From: Octopus sinensis
Lineage: Eukaryota
Length of the DNA stretch: 64,000 nucleotides
Direction: 5' to 3'
Assembly (NCBI RefSeq): GCF_006345805.1
Contig: NC_043021.1
Span: 18,724,001-18,788,000 of the forward strand
Numbering within the stretch: position 1 is the stretch's first letter; each line of letters opens with the position of its first letter. Below are positions 63,601-64,000 of the stretch, piece after piece. The position numbers and the translations under genes were made by a program. The notes beneath the pieces were generated by a model. It did no database searches, was not told where the DNA came from, and saw nothing but the letters and a program-made list of their open reading frames with translations.

Positions 63601-64000
63601 GCCTGAATCCAGAACCTGGAAGTCTGGAAGTAAACTTGTTACCACACAGCCAGACCTGTGCCCTTCATAAACACATAAACATAGAAAGTGCCCCAATTTT
63701 CTCTCAGGATGGTGACAACCAGAAAACACAGGAATAAATCTGCTGGGACATCTCATAATGTCTGATCTTATTCTATTTTTTTTCCACATATTATTGTTGA
63801 GGTGAAGAAAAAGCTTCTTATATTTTTCATCTCCAGAATAACGAAAGGTTTTTGAAACAGGTTATAATTACTCTTATAAAATGTAGGAATTTGTGAAATG
63901 CATTCGCTTGCGAGAAGCGTTGGTAAGGTGAGAGTGACAGGGTATTGATTTTTATGTGACACTACAGAGAACCCAATTTTAGAGTGGAGAGGGATATATT

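Overview
AT-rich, repeat-saturated eukaryotic DNA, almost certainly from an octopus-type cephalopod (inferred from the SINE/RTE families, TTAGGG repeats and microsatellite load). Almost every ORF in the supplied track is an artefact of microsatellites or SINEs. Host-gene signal is limited to the first coding exon (544-597, minus) of a probable DDX19/Dbp5-type RNA helicase gene, its likely non-coding exon 1 and promoter near 9.4 kb, and a few weak exon candidates. The rest is tRNA-derived SINEs, RTE and Dong/R4 LINE fragments, Tc1/mariner copies, hAT, Merlin-like and Helentron-type MITEs, a solo LTR, satellites and an interstitial telomeric tract. The most notable signal is a set of type I hammerhead ribozyme motifs in at least 4-6 unrelated small non-coding element families: (i) a Pol III tRNA-headed SINE with a Penelope-type minimal hammerhead, whose four copies all carry an inverted copy of their own sequence; (ii) a ~428-nt hammerhead-bearing unit whose two copies are circularly permuted, as expected of a retrozyme/circRNA; (iii) families with non-canonical cores (A6U, G3:C8). 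All coordinates and folds were read by eye; no searches were run.
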